Positions 35,026-48,929 of a DNA stretch of 64,000 bases are shown here, one piece after another. The translations under genes were made by a program, and so were the position numbers. The notes below the pieces were generated by a model. That model was not told the origin of the DNA, did no database searches, and saw nothing but the letters and a program-made list of their open reading frames with translations. Numbering within the stretch: the stretch's first letter is position 1; each line of letters starts with the position of its first letter. Source of the stretch: Perna viridis (taxonomy: Eukaryota); the NCBI GenBank assembly GCA_037379345.1, contig CM074525.1, positions 24,979,840 through 25,043,839 on the forward strand. The letters are read 5' to 3'.

Positions 35026-38000
35026 TAATGTCTAGTACAGAGTTATCGCCCTTAATATTGAATTCTATAGTACATTCTACTTTTTTTAGTATTTAGTATA
35101 CAATTTATGTATCGTATGAACAGGAGTTATTTGAAAAGCCCCATGTTAATTTCGGTTTACTAAAAAAAAATTAACAAAATATCTGAAATAAAAATATGTA
35201 GGATTTCCAACCATGAATCACACTTTGTAAGATTCTTAGCTGGAGTACTACTTTCATTACGATCGAAAGAGGGGATGAAAGAATTGAAAGTCCTCCTCGT
35301 CTTATGAACTTAATAGTTACCATTGTCGATAAAATTATTTTTTTGTATCCAGGTCTTCGTATTCGTTTTGTCGTTGTAATCGTCTTGAGTGAAATAATTT
35401 TTTTTCTTGTCAAATAACATATGGTAATGAAGTGAAGTAAACTTCCCACAGATACCTCATTCTTAACAGCTAAGATATACTCGTCAGAGTTTTGATGTAC
35501 ATGTAAATAAAACTGTCTGGAAATTACTAAATGAAAGTTCTTATTTATGAGTCTATATATTCTTGAATAGTATTTTGTCAATTATAAATACCATCAATCA
35601 TTCAAAAACAAATGATTCTGACGAACTATATTTCATCGGAATGTTACATAACGTAATTTGGTCGTGATTATTCGATATGGCTTTTATCAGACCTCCGTAG
35701 GAACAGTGGCTCCATCTTGTCCAGACGTTTCCATTGATTTGAATAGTTAATCAAACAATTGACACACCAACTGTCCCAAGTGCAATGGAGACTTTTATAT
35801 GAAACAAATAGCAACTGATAGCTAAAAATGCTGTCGGAAATTACTGGAGTTGATCGACAGTGATGGATGATTCCGAACAGAAGAAATCGCTATTTCAGTA
35901 TTGCGCCTATGCCAGGGATTGATCCAGGATTTCGGGTTAGGGTGTAAATACAGGACAAGCAAATAGAAAAAAAAATATTGGGGTAGAATTCAGGTTTTCA
36001 CGCAAAAAAAAAGACAAACAAATAAAACACAGAGGTCATATCCCAGTCAAAACAACATGACTTGCCTTCATGTGATTTTAATCTCTTAATTCCACATTAC
36101 GCGCGTTTCCATCGTTTTTAAAAAAATAAATATCAAAACACTTTCTTGGACTACATATCTTATAATTACTGCGTCAAATGTTAACGACTTCTATCAGGAT
36201 AAAAAGGCATTAATGCACCTTGAAATAAATTGATTGCCAATAATATCAAATCATCTGCTGTAACCGGAAGTTGTTTGTATTTCCGGTAAGTTGACCTAGT
36301 TGCTGCAATACATATTGTTTCGTGCTCTCTCCTTGATGGTACGTACTAAATCGAAACATTACATGTAAAACGATTGTAGGAGTTGTTTTTAATTAGACCA
36401 ATTGAATTTAGTCCTCATATTACTCAATAATCTCCTACGCATGCCTAACTTAATTGTTTCCTGATTTGCCCATGTATTTTTTTCCCACAAGTCATTCTCT
36501 AAACAGTATTAAGCTCTTTTCTGTTACTGTTTTGTTAAATTAATAGGCGGGTTTTAGTATTGTCTTTGAAAGGGTAGAACTCCATAGCAAAAACAAAAAA
36601 AACAAAAAAACAAAAACAAAACCCCCCCAAAAAAACAAGTACTTTGCACTTCTATTTCTAGGGGTTCACTAGAATCGGGACATCCATCCGTCCAATATTG
36701 ATAAAACGTCATTTGGAGGTTAATGTAATTGAAAGCCAGACAAAATGTCCATGAGGGCTTCCTTAATTGAGCCTGTCAAGAGGTGTTCTGATATATGTTG
36801 ATCTGTATAATAAAAATACTGAAACGCCTGCAGTGGGATAACTCAAATACATCACCCCTCGTAAAATAATATGGCCTGAATGTGAACACAAACAACATAG
36901 ATCTACATATATGCAAAGTAGCGAACTGAATACGCATATGCTACATAAATTACATAGAAACCGAAGGAAAAAAAACAAGACGTCATACAAAGAACTAATA
37001 TGCAGTAGCAATATGAACTACCCCCCTAAAAAAACACCGGGAGTAACATCAGGTGTTCTGAAAGGGTAAACATGTCCTGCTCCGCCAGAGGCACCCGTCA
37101 TATTGCTAATAAGTATAATCCAGTAATGGTCTATCAAAAATAATGCAGCTCTCCGACACGACTCACAAAGGGGTGTTATCAAAAACAGTTCACACTAGTG
37201 CGAAATAATTCAATTCAACAAAGTATCATGATGTAAACAAAGTATATAATGCAGAGATGGCGGTATATTATACAAAATAGACAAATTAAATAAGGTTAAT
37301 AACAAATTAACCTAAAATTAAACATGGGCATTACCAAACGGCGGGTTTTGATCTTGAACTTGATATAACATAGCAATAAATCGTGCGATAAATATTAACA
37401 TTGTACTCAAAGGAAATTAAATGAATATTTGAGTAATTTCAATGCCCTCACGCGATAGCAGTGTGACTTATAATTGTAATTGTGAACCGTAGTGATTCAT
37501 ATGACCTAGCTACTTTGACTTGTGTCCAAGGAGCTACATCACTACATCATCTATGAAAGGAAAAGGAGTCTCCTACATGTGTACGCATGTACTACATGTA
37601 ACTGACATCTGCAGTATACGTTGATAAGGGTTGGTGGACTTTTTCTTATTTACCATGTGAAAAACGTGTTGGAATGGTGTAGTTCGTTCTTAGACTGCTC
37701 AATATCTGTAGAAATGTGGCGATCTGAGTTATTCCATATTTATATACCGTCACGCTAAAATTGTGGATCGCTTTCCGTAATTATTTTCCTATAATTACCA
37801 TAAATTGCCACAGAGTATTCTTCTTAATTGCTAAAACTAATTATACAAATAAAGATTTGTTGTTTGTAATGTATATAAAGAAAGTCCCTTCGGAACTTGT
37901 ATAATTGTTTCCCATTATGAGGGTCCCCATGGGGTTTCTGCACAGTTTCCGTTTCTAGTGATGCAAACCAGAACCCATGGGAACAATTCTCTCCGATGGA

Positions 38001-39378
38001 AATGTAATAAAAATGGAATAATTCCTGAAGTGAAAATGGAATCAATTTATCCTCATAATGCTTCATATTTAGTTTGTTATCGATTCACTGTTGAAACTGA
38101 CTGCATATGCCGAGGTATACCACTGGCATGGATTGGTAGTGGACCAAGATTACACATGCGCAACTTTTCTTTTTTTGTAACCTAAAGTGGCAATTCTAGG
38201 TGAAACCCCTGTTTATAGCAAAATTTGTATTTTGTACATTTATTTATTTATTTATTTATTTATTTTTTTTGGTGGGGGATGAAGATTGACCAAAAGAAAC
38301 CTGGAACCCTCTCTCTGGATCAGTCACTGTTTACCGCCTTCAGATAAACCGGCATACGCAAAAATGGACAAAATATCGGTATCATATGCACCATTATTCG
38401 TATAACAAATCTGGAAATTAGGTTAAAGCATGAAGATATTGTACAGGATGTTGTGTCTTGTCATTTACATATAGTAAAAATGACCATATATTAGTAAGAT
38501 CTACATCGCTGGTTGAGCTGAGCAAAAACGTTAACGAAGTACTCTTAGCTTATAGAGGTTAGATATATTGTTTATTGTCAAGTATTAAATGTTTGTATTC
38601 GATTTTTCTCCATGAATATTGCTGTTTTTTGCTGAATATGGAACACATTAACTAGAATTGTGAAGCGTAATTATTCCGATACTAAAGACAAAAAATGGCC
38701 CGAATTCCCAATGTGTTAATGCAAGCAATATTGTGTTTTATGTTTCTGAATAATATAGTTTTAAAATTTGGAAATTTCATATCTACATTTTTCCGATATT
38801 GGAATATTTGGACCAGAACAAATTTCCCACAAGACACTGGCAACTTTCTTTGGACAAAAAAGCAGGAACAGAAGTTTGCCTCCTAAAACAAATCCATCCA
38901 GCTCCCTCCCCATGACGATCAAGGTATAGTCTAAATGAAAATGGTGTAATATTTACAAATAGACACACATAAAACCGCTTTTTGCAACTAAAAATGTCAG
39001 CATTGGGCAAGAAAGATGGGAAATAAAATCGTTGTCAGTTTGTGGTTGAAGAGGTTGAAGTGGATATATTAAAACAGAGAGTAGTTTTGCCCCCAGTTAT
39101 CTGAAATCAATAATGCAGTTAACGGACATTACACACCTTCCCGCCTTTTTAATGAAAAATAAAGTAATTCGGATATCTATGTCGATGTAAGTTCCCGTCA
39201 GGAACGCCTCTCCGTCCCAGTATCAAAACACCGATCAATATACTCCGGCTACATTGTTGGTTTCTCTTCAAATTTGATAACCCGACCTTCCATTACAATG
39301 GACTGTAATTTATAATTTAACTTTTCATGTGGAAGAAATTACTGACCTAAAAAGTTAACACACTGAGAGTCTTTATGA

Positions 39379-39526
39379 ATGAGCACACAGATGCTTCTAA
39401 TGGATTCATTAAGATTCAGCACAGTGCGCAGCTGCGTCAGAACCCGTGACGTGGACATATTGGGTAAATTACTGCAGGCAGACGACACCGGTTATAATGG
39501 ATATATAAGTACTGATCGTGGCGATG
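39379..39526 (+). CDS. Isolated candidate first coding exon
   Basis: Open frame MSTQMLLMDSLRF...LLQADDTGYNGYISTDRGD ending at a G|GTGAGT consensus donor; no partner exon identified. Confidence 0.25.
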
Positions 39527-42500
39527 GTGAGTGTTGTTCTCTATTATAAGTATTTAGCCAATGTTATTTGTCATTATAACAAAATGTTCAAAAATTATAT
39601 ATTCAAAAAATTAATTTCCTTCAAAGTGGAATACGATTTCGGTAAATTACCATATATAACATAAGTGTAAAGCTACGTAGTGTTGTATTAACATTTATGC
39701 ATATTTACATACATACTACAGATATATGACATTTCAGATTGAATGTACGTATTAAGTACACACATAAAGTAAATTTATGAGAGATCTCAGTAGTCTTCTC
39801 TTTTTGAATACATCCAAATATCGTGTTAACTGTTTTGGGCGCATTTCAGTGATTTTTATAAAGAGGCGTGGCAGTTGATGTAAACTAATAACTTAGGGAG
39901 AGGCGTATAGATTCTTCGTCAGTTCCTTTATTTGTCCGCTCGCCCGTGTTTATGTGGGGCACGTCATAGTTTAAAGTTTGCTTTACAAGCTTTTTTTCTG
40001 CTCAAAAGCAATAGCATCATATTTCATGATACAAAATTGTTACGCCCAAAAGACGAATTGGGAACCAATATCTGCATTTTAAAAAAAGTCCCCACCAACA
40101 TTTATTTTATATCGAGTATGTACCATATTATTTCAAGATTTAAATTCAGACGTGTATTTCTTCCTTTACCATTTCTTCAGATCAATGATACTTAAAATTC
40201 AACGAAGGATAGATTTGCATTTCAAGTAGTTCGTCTTTTCAAGCCATTTCACAAGTAAGGAATTGTTACAAAGATAAATTTTGATCAGTAAACCATCATT
40301 TTACATCAAATATAGGTGGCCTTGAAAAAGTATTCAGTAATCACTTTTTTTTGGAAAATGGAGAAAGTTTACTTTAAAATGCACCTATAGTTATCAGAAA
40401 TCTTCTTGTACAGAAATCAGAAAGGGCAACACAGAGTTAAAGGTAAAAAGGTATATTATTAAGTAAATATTGTCTGAATGATCTCTTTAATGGACTTTTA
40501 AGCCGTTCTAGCTATTTGCTAGAAACATAAAAACGGCATATGGTCTCCCTAAAGTATCCATGCAGACTTAGATTGTTTTGTTATAGGAAGTACAAGTTAA
40601 TATGGCTGAAGAATTTCCCCAATATGAAAACTGATTTATTCTACGTTCCATGGTTTCCTTTCCTCTTTCGTCTATCCTGGACTTGACTTTTTATGAGAAC
40701 TCGGTGGGTGTTTCTAAAAAAGCAGAGTACGCTTACCCTACAACGGTGTATCTGCATGAATTACATTCTTTTGTCTTCCGTTAGAATCTTTGTTCCCTTG
40801 ATTATTCTTTGTACTGGTCTTCGATGTCAAGTTTGGTGTGATATGTTGATCCTGCTTTGTATACACGAAGAAGTAACACTGACCAACATTGAGATTGTGT
40901 CTGAGGGCAACACCCGGTACCACTGGTTAAGTTTCTCATCTATTATACCGACACCAGATGAGTTTTATGTCTTCTCGTCTGTAATCTCTCCTAGTTATAT
41001 CCGTTTCCTTCCTTCAAAGTTAGGCAAAAAAATGTGTGTTTACTGTCGTCGTCAGCTGAAAAATAGGGTCAGTCGGGATGCAGTAAACACGCATATTTTG
41101 TTTTTAGCTTTAGCTTGGATTAGTTGATGGTTTTCGGTTTATAACCCCCGCAAAATGATTTGTACATGTAAGTGACAGAAGGTCAACACTTATTTAGTAC
41201 ATATAGTCACTTGGTGCAAAGAATTACTGAAAAGCCCCACTTTGGGTACGAAAAGGACGATGTATTTGTGGTATCAATAATTGTAACTTAATGTTGAAGT
41301 TACCAGAGAAGATTCGAAATTTCAAATTGTGGAAATGGCGGAGGATAAACATAACCACTTGCCAAACTGAGCAAGGCTAATATTTTGGGGGTAATAGCTT
41401 AGGACATTCAAAATTTCATACAAAATATAAGTGTATACAATTATAGGATGTTTAAGAAGTAAATTTATCTAAAAATCAAAATTTCCTGCCATACTATACA
41501 TTTTTCCATTTAAGGGAATGAACGCCTCATTTGTTGCCTCAGAAACTTCTACTAAGCTTTGAGAGGAATGTATAATTGAGTTCTGGAATACCTGTCAGTT
41601 CCTAAAAGGGTAAAAACGCCTACAAATTTGAGCTACAATTTTGTTACGTTTTTATCCTTACTTATTTTCAAAACTGTCAGCATTTTTGTTTCAAAGAGGA
41701 TAATAATGTTCTACTCAGAAAGCTCCTTCAAAGTCATTTACATTCTACATCAACCCAAACGAGTGGTTGGATTGTGACTTCCTAAAACATTGATTGGTTT
41801 ATCGTGCCTGGATTTATGATGTTTGGTTCATTCAAACGACTTTCGACACTCTCACTAAACAACACGTATCTACCCTGTTAACAGTGTTAACAAATTATGA
41901 TACAAATTTAGATGGAGTAGTACATTTTTTTTCATATGTGATTCACTAGTATGCTGACCTACGAGCTGAACAAGACCCATTCTCATGGTCAAAACAGATT
42001 GTCCATGCCGTATTTTACAATGTGTCGCCGTTAATTGTAAAGTAGTTTTACATTCCCCAATATTGATTGTGCATGAAATATGATATATTGATTTACAATA
42101 AGGAGTTTGAATAGATATTTTCAGTGTCATGTGTCCACCTTCGGTTCCCAGACAAAAACTCAACCAACATAATGACAGTCCTCTTCGAGCTTAGTAAATA
42201 CTCGGTAATTTGTTCTAAAACGCTAGGAGAACTTATTTTAAATCTCTGTAAATGGTTCGCCCTAAATATTGAATGTGGTAAGTGTGATATGAATACAAAC
42301 ACCATTCCTAACGATGGGCCATAACAGGGTTTATCCTCCATCGTCCTTCATATGTTTGTAGTAATGAGCTGGTACGAAATAGATGTCATTTTTAACGACC
42401 GGAAGTTGTATGTTATAATAAAGATCAAATTAATTTCCTTTACATGTACTTGTATATCTGGGGGATACTTGAATCAAACATATATTGATGCTTCACGCCG

Positions 42501-44082
42501 TATAGCATGGTTCATGTAAAATGAAGTTTTTCCATACATGGACATGTACATACTACTGGAATTAAAATCCTACATTACACACTTTATTTCTTTACTTATT
42601 GATATAAGTAAATTGAGTATGATTTTTCCTTGGATTTATCGTATAGATAGATTGAAGGCCGGGAAGGCGAATTGTCATTTCTTTAACGGTCGGTTTGTAT
42701 TTAAAGGATGAGTATTGTGTCAGATCACGCACAAAAATAGGATAACATTTAGTTTTTTTTATGAAAATGATAACAGTGCCTCCTCTCTGTCCCAGCAAAA
42801 ATGTTAACTTTTCCTCTTATTATTCCAGCCTCTAGGCCAATTCCCTCAGTTGCCCTAGACTGATTCACTTATTACCGCTAAAACTTGATCCTTGTAACCT
42901 CAATGTGACAGCATCATTTTGACCTTCGATATTTTGTCTATTCTGAATACTGTTCTTAAGACAATGGCCTCTGTTTTGGGCCTGATCTAGCAAGGACATC
43001 AGGTTAGGCGGGTAAAAAGATTGAAAGGCTTGGCGATGTTAGGCAAGAATTGTTTTGGAGAAGAATCTGAAATATCAAGATTTCAGGTAAATTATTTCCC
43101 ATATTTGTAGGGGAGTACGCTTGGCAAGCCTTTAAATTCCTTGGATCCGTGTCTGCGCCATTATACCCATGATGGAAATACATTGTTTTACTATTACAAT
43201 CCACTACAAAAGATCTAGAAAATAATGCCCTTTTATAGAAAAACGTTTTATACATTTTTGTGCAGCAATTATGTATTTATTCGTGTATTTCTCACCCTAA
43301 CATTCCATCCGGGTATATTCGAATCACAAGCCAATTCAACGGAAAGTAGATCGGAACATTTCTAATTTTGTATTTTAACTTTCTACGTGGTTTCCCGTTT
43401 TGAGCCTCCAGGTCTTACAATATTGAATTAAATGAAATATTTGTTGAGAAAAATTAAACAACTTTTTCATTTTCAATCCAGTGCTAAAAGCTCATTCTAG
43501 TGGCATCAAATTTTGTCGTAGTCAAGTAATCAATACTAGAGGCGATAGCTCACATGTGAAGCGTTTTATAGTCAGTAATTCCATCTTGATGAGAGCCGAT
43601 TTACCATGCTGGTTTAAAGAACTATCACCAATCAATAGTCAAACTCGTGTTCTTGTACAAACTACCATTTCTTTATTCAGACAGAACCGGAAATGACTTA
43701 TTCAGGAAACGGAAATGTAATCTCTAAACTATTTCGGTTTACAGGCTCGTTCATATCTAAATTCAACAGGAGTAGTTTAGAAGAAGTTGAGGTTAATTAT
43801 CATCAACCGTGTCCGCTCGTTTCAAAACGATTAATAAAATGCATGGGTAAAGCAGGTGCATGTGATTGCATTGTCCTGTCACAGTAAATAACATGATGGA
43901 TATCAGAGTAGGTCACACGATCGGAGAAGACCACATGATATAATCACCGAGTTGCATAATCAAATAGAATCATTTTTATAATCGAAACGTCCTTCAAGAC
44001 GTATAGACAACAGGAAACAATTATTGAACTTAACGTTAGTAAAAATTAAAAGAAAAAAATGAATAATTTATTTTTGTTTCAA

Positions 44083-44472
44083 GGAGGTAGACCTAGGATA
44101 AGGGACATAACTCTTACAAATCATTGGAACGTTTGTACTCAGCATTTTATAACAATCTCATGTAAGCATTAAAGTAACTTGGCAGGGGCAGATTTAGAGT
44201 TTTATGTAAAAAGGGGGGGGCATAAAAAATTATTGACAGGATAACCGGTGAGGATCACGAATTGAGTATTTTTCATGATTTAACACACACAAGTTTTCAA
44301 CAACTTTTTAAGGGGGCCCGCCCACCCCCCCCCTCCCCCCTTGGATGCGCCACTGTTTGGACTGATTTAATTTTGTTTCAAATAAAAGCTTGATAGGCTT
44401 TAATGAAATTGAATATGATACAAACATTTCACCGATTTCAAGAGTTATGTTACTTACCCTAGGCCTACCTCC
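44083..44472. mobile_element. Non-autonomous TIR element with TTAA-type target (Kolobok-like)
   Basis: ~33-bp TIR GGAGGTAGACCTAGGATAAGGGACATAACTCTT / AAGAGTTATGTTACTTACCCTAGGCCTACCTCC; flanks TCAA and TTAA. Confidence 0.75.
44183..44354. mobile_element. Short MITE with CAGGGGCGGAT-type termini, nested; relatives at ~1334-1552, 7277, 10832, 33548-33616, 35913, 38300, 45590
   Basis: CAGGGGCAGATTTAG ... TTGGATGCGCCACTG imperfect TIRs with internal G and C runs. Confidence 0.6.
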
Positions 44473-44749
44473 TTAAAAAAGAACCGAGACGAAAATCAGC
44501 CTTATTACCAAGAAATGGTAATGGAAAATACAGAACGTAAAAAGTTTTTAAATCAGAAAATTTATTTTCAAATGCTTTACGACTAGATTATTAATTTTCA
44601 TGATAATGTACAGTAGAATCAAAAACTGCCCCCAATTCATATCAAAGGGTTGACATCTAACATCCTTGGTCACGTGGTGTACATGTGGCAAACGCATACA
44701 TGTAACCTTTTCATCATTCAACACACATAGTACGTGGCGTCTTCCTGTT

Positions 44750-45020
44750 GGTTTTCTAGGCGAGTGTCACGGATCATATCCTGACGTTTTCCAGTCGGTT
44801 GCCACTGGGCATATCCTAGCGTTTTCCAGTCGGTTGTTATGGGTCATATCCTGGTGTTTTGCAGACGAGTGTCATGAATAGTATCCTGGTGTTATCCAGT
44901 CGGTTGTCATGGGTCATATACTGGCGTTTCCTTGTCGGTTGCCATGGATCATATCCTGGCGTTTTAATGTTGGGTGTCATATCCTACTATTTCTAGGCAG
45001 TTGCCATGGCACATATTCTC
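44750..45020. repeat. Degenerate minisatellite
   Basis: CATATCCTGGCGTTTTCCAGTCGGTTGCCATGGGT-like units. Confidence 0.75.
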
Positions 45021-46069
45021 ATACTGTCTATTTTTTTGTGGTTACTTGCATTTTTTTTGTTTTTTTGTTTTTTTGCAGTGTCTGTCGTCTTCTTCTGTTT
45101 TCCAGTCGATGACCATGAGCCAAGTAAGGTGTTTTTTTCTACTGAAAATGAAATTGTAGAATATTCTAATGAATCAAGGATAAGACACTGACCATTTTTA
45201 TCTTGAGGGGGAGGGGACTGGGATTTAATGTCCGGTAAGAAGTTTCTGTTCGCACATGAGCAACTAATTTATATTTCAGCAGCACCGAAATTAATATTTT
45301 TATTTAAAATCTGTTTTGTTTTGCAATGGAGAAAACATTATTTCTGTTTTTTTTTCAATGGATATGTAAATTTTTTTTTCCAAATTAAGAAAATTCATTT
45401 TTATTTCAAAAAGATCTCAGGCACCCATCGCTAATGAAATGCATGGTTGCTGCCTGAGATCGTTGACATGTTGCAGGAGTCATCCAAGAAGTCCATTAAG
45501 AGGATTCTGATATAAATAAATTATAGAAAAAGGTGAGTCAGGCTTTTGCCAAACGTTTGCACGAACTTAACAATAGAAGGTTTCAGCCCGGTATCCTGGA
45601 TCCGCCCTTGCCGTGTCTCTAATAGCGTTCATGTGTATGCTAGTAGATCTGGACAAACACTAAACATGTCACGTTTCGACTATTTAGTGTATACTTTTGT
45701 TCCTTAAATTTGCATATTTTACATTATCTATATATATGGTTATTCGTGTTCGTAACGTAATACTGTGTTATTATTTTCCTGTGAAATACTAAGTTTTTAT
45801 TAGTATTTTAGACTCTTATTTGTTTATCTGGCTGAAAATAATAAATGGTATAGGGATGATTCTATTAAATACAGTAGAATCCTTGTAGCTGGGTTGTTCC
45901 TAAAATAGGAAAAGTCATAGATCAAAACGGTAGCTTTCTTGGTACGTCTGTTAACCGAAGAGTCTATCGATTGTTGGACGGACGGTAAATTAAGTTTAAT
46001 CCTTAACTGTATTTATTCCTCTTCTTACATATCTATTACTGGCGTGATCGATCAAACATCAGGATAACT

Positions 46070-46700
46070 GATTGGGCCATAACTAGGGAAATTCTTAAAT
46101 TGATGGGGCAATAACTTGAGGGTATATTTTGTCTGGCATGGTTTTCATACAAAAAATTCTAAAATTGAATCATTGATTTTTTTCTCCTCATCTTCAATAT
46201 CAAGTGATTTGATTGGTAAAATTTTGCTTTGAGGAAAGGTTTTAGGAAAATCTCAATTTGAGATTCTTTATGAAACCTAGCCCTAATGGGGCCACAACTA
46301 GGGGGATTGCATATACGATAGGACAAAGTAATTTTTTAATATCTGATGGTGCCAAAACTAGAGGGAGATTTTTTTTTCTGATGGGGCCATAACTAAGGGG
46401 GTCATTTAATTGATGGGACCGTGACTAAAGGAATCCTCCATCTGATGGGGCCATAACTAAGGGGGTTCTTAATCTCATAGGGCCATATCCATGAAAAATC
46501 TTCATCTGGTGGGGCCATAACTAGTGGAGTTCTTCATGTGGTGGGACAGTGAATAGGGGGATCTTTTATCTGACCGGGTCATAACTAGGCGGATTCTTTA
46601 TCTGAAGAGGGCTACATTTAAGGGAAATTCTATCTTATAAGTGGGGCTATGTATTTTGGGGTTATAATTTTATCTGTTAGTGGGGTCATTACAAGGGATA
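46070..46700. repeat. Degenerate minisatellite
   Basis: TCTGATGGGGCCATAACTAGGGGGATTCTT-like units. Confidence 0.75.
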
Positions 46701-48929
46701 TTATTTTATCTGCTGTCTGTTATAAAGTATTTTGTAGATCTGTTGTTTTGATGACAGATATTGAGATTCGTAATGAAATGGGGGCATTACTTCGCGATGT
46801 TTTCGTGAATAAGGCATTACTTACTTATACGTGATGAGGTCATTTTTATGTTTTGTTTCAGTTATTTCATTTTAGAATAATTAAACATTGATTATGATAT
46901 CTGTGCGAAATCACTGCAGGACAAAAATGTCAAAACATTCGGCGATATTTACGTTAATAATCATTTTCTGTTCCATTCCGCAAAATACCAAAAGTTTATT
47001 ACATCTGGTAGTATAAATACATTTTGCGTAAGACAGTGTACAATGTTAGTTACTTACAATCTGTTAGGATTTGTTTCTCAATGGAACTTTTCAAAGTAAC
47101 AACTCACTACCAATATAGACAATTAAAATTCATTATATATGAAATAATTCCATATTTAGGCCCCGTATCTGCAACAAATGATACTGCTATAATTTTCATA
47201 CCCGTAAAATTGTTCATTTGGGGGAAATTATGACAAGAATATTATTTTCATGTCTTTTTTCCTTTTGTTTCACGACCAGTGAATGAATGTGAATTAAAAC
47301 AAAATTGGTTTTGTCTGTGCCTTATTGAATATATTTTATCTCTTTGTACCATAATTAGACAATATTGCATTTGTTGCCGTTCAGGGACAAAATTATGAGC
47401 AATATTCGATTATCAGAAACCTCGTTACTGGCTTCGCCACAGCTGTGTATCGACCCATCCAAAATGCACACATTAAACCGGAAATAACTTCGGGCGGAGG
47501 TTGGTATGTGGCTGAAAGATACGTCACACAAGAATCTTATGGATAATTTTCCAAATACAAAATGTAGCTAAACATAATTGATTCCTAACTTCTTATTTCC
47601 TTTCTGTCAGTGAGGGTAAGATCAGATTTCTCGGATTTTTCCCTTTAAATAACGCTGCCAAAATAATGAAAGTTGAAATTTGATTGGCTGATGAACAAAA
47701 AGTATGATGGAGTTATGTTAAACCCCACATGCAATTTAGTGGATCTAATTGAGATTAGCTTGGCCACACACCAAACCGTCTGTCAAAATATGAACAAGGA
47801 CAGTACTGGAATGTCCGTCGATCTGTAAAATATCCCCGCTACATCTTTACAACAATCTTTGGAGGATGTTATCTAACTTATAAACCAAATTATTCATTTA
47901 GGCGGGTGAATTTATGTTATGAGGGATTACTATGCAGGCTTACTTTGGAAGTAATGAAGCACAATATAGTAAAGTTAACAAACATTTCAACCATTAGTGT
48001 TTAATGCTGAATCGCAAAGGTTCTTTGTTTCAAGTTTTCATCTAGGAATCTCTGTAGATTTGACCTCCCATCGACTGTAGATACTGTAGTATTTAGTGTT
48101 TCTGTTTACTCGGAGGTACTTAAATTAACGTTAAACGGATAGAATGGTATAATTTGGTAGAGTATATTATCTGACCCGAGTGACCCACCTCCCCAAACAC
48201 ACAAACTCCTCTAGTTATAATATAATAAACCTTTTTCTTATTTAAAAGTATATTCGTATACACGTAATACTTCCCACACCCCTATAATATGTGACATGTG
48301 TCTGCTATCTAGGCCATTACTGCATACAATGCACGGTGCTAAGTGTTTTCTCAACATAACTGTCAGAACTAGAACAAAATCAATATTGATAAAATGCATT
48401 AAGACTACAAAACATCATCATCATCCTCTAAGCGCATACACTCACTGATATTAATTATACATGTTGCAAAATCCAATTTGATACCGAACACATGTAACTA
48501 ACGTAAATGTATTTTAACAAATTATAAAACAGCAATCCATCAGCATAGTGAAACAGGCTAACACGCTTGTACAGAGAAAAATAGCGATCCACAATCAATA
48601 TTTAACCATTAAAAAAAGAATTATTCTTCTTTAGATGTTTGCTTCCATTTCATAGATATATCACAGGTCAAGTCAGAATCAAGGAAACGTCATTAAAAAG
48701 AAGGAATCTGATAGTATTTGGGATTGCATCGCAATATCTCTTTAAAAAATGGGAGATTAATAAAAATGGTTCATATTTCCAGCTGATCATATAGAACTGC
48801 AAATCCTACATGAGAAATCATTCAAAGGTCTGAAATACGATCGTTCATATACACTCGAAGTTAATGACATTAAATCAGATGGGAAAACAAATTTAGGTAA
48901 CGAAAACTATTTATGTATTACCGAAAACA

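Noticed and set aside
35171-35581. 136-aa minus-strand ORF as an upstream exon of gene 3
   Set aside because: No donor in the required phase 2 in an open frame; the other frames contain stops; no recognisable domain.
40693-42341. ORFs 40693-41127 and 41870-42341
   Set aside because: The first begins inside a PLE 3' UTR remnant; none has convincing splice sites or recognisable motifs.
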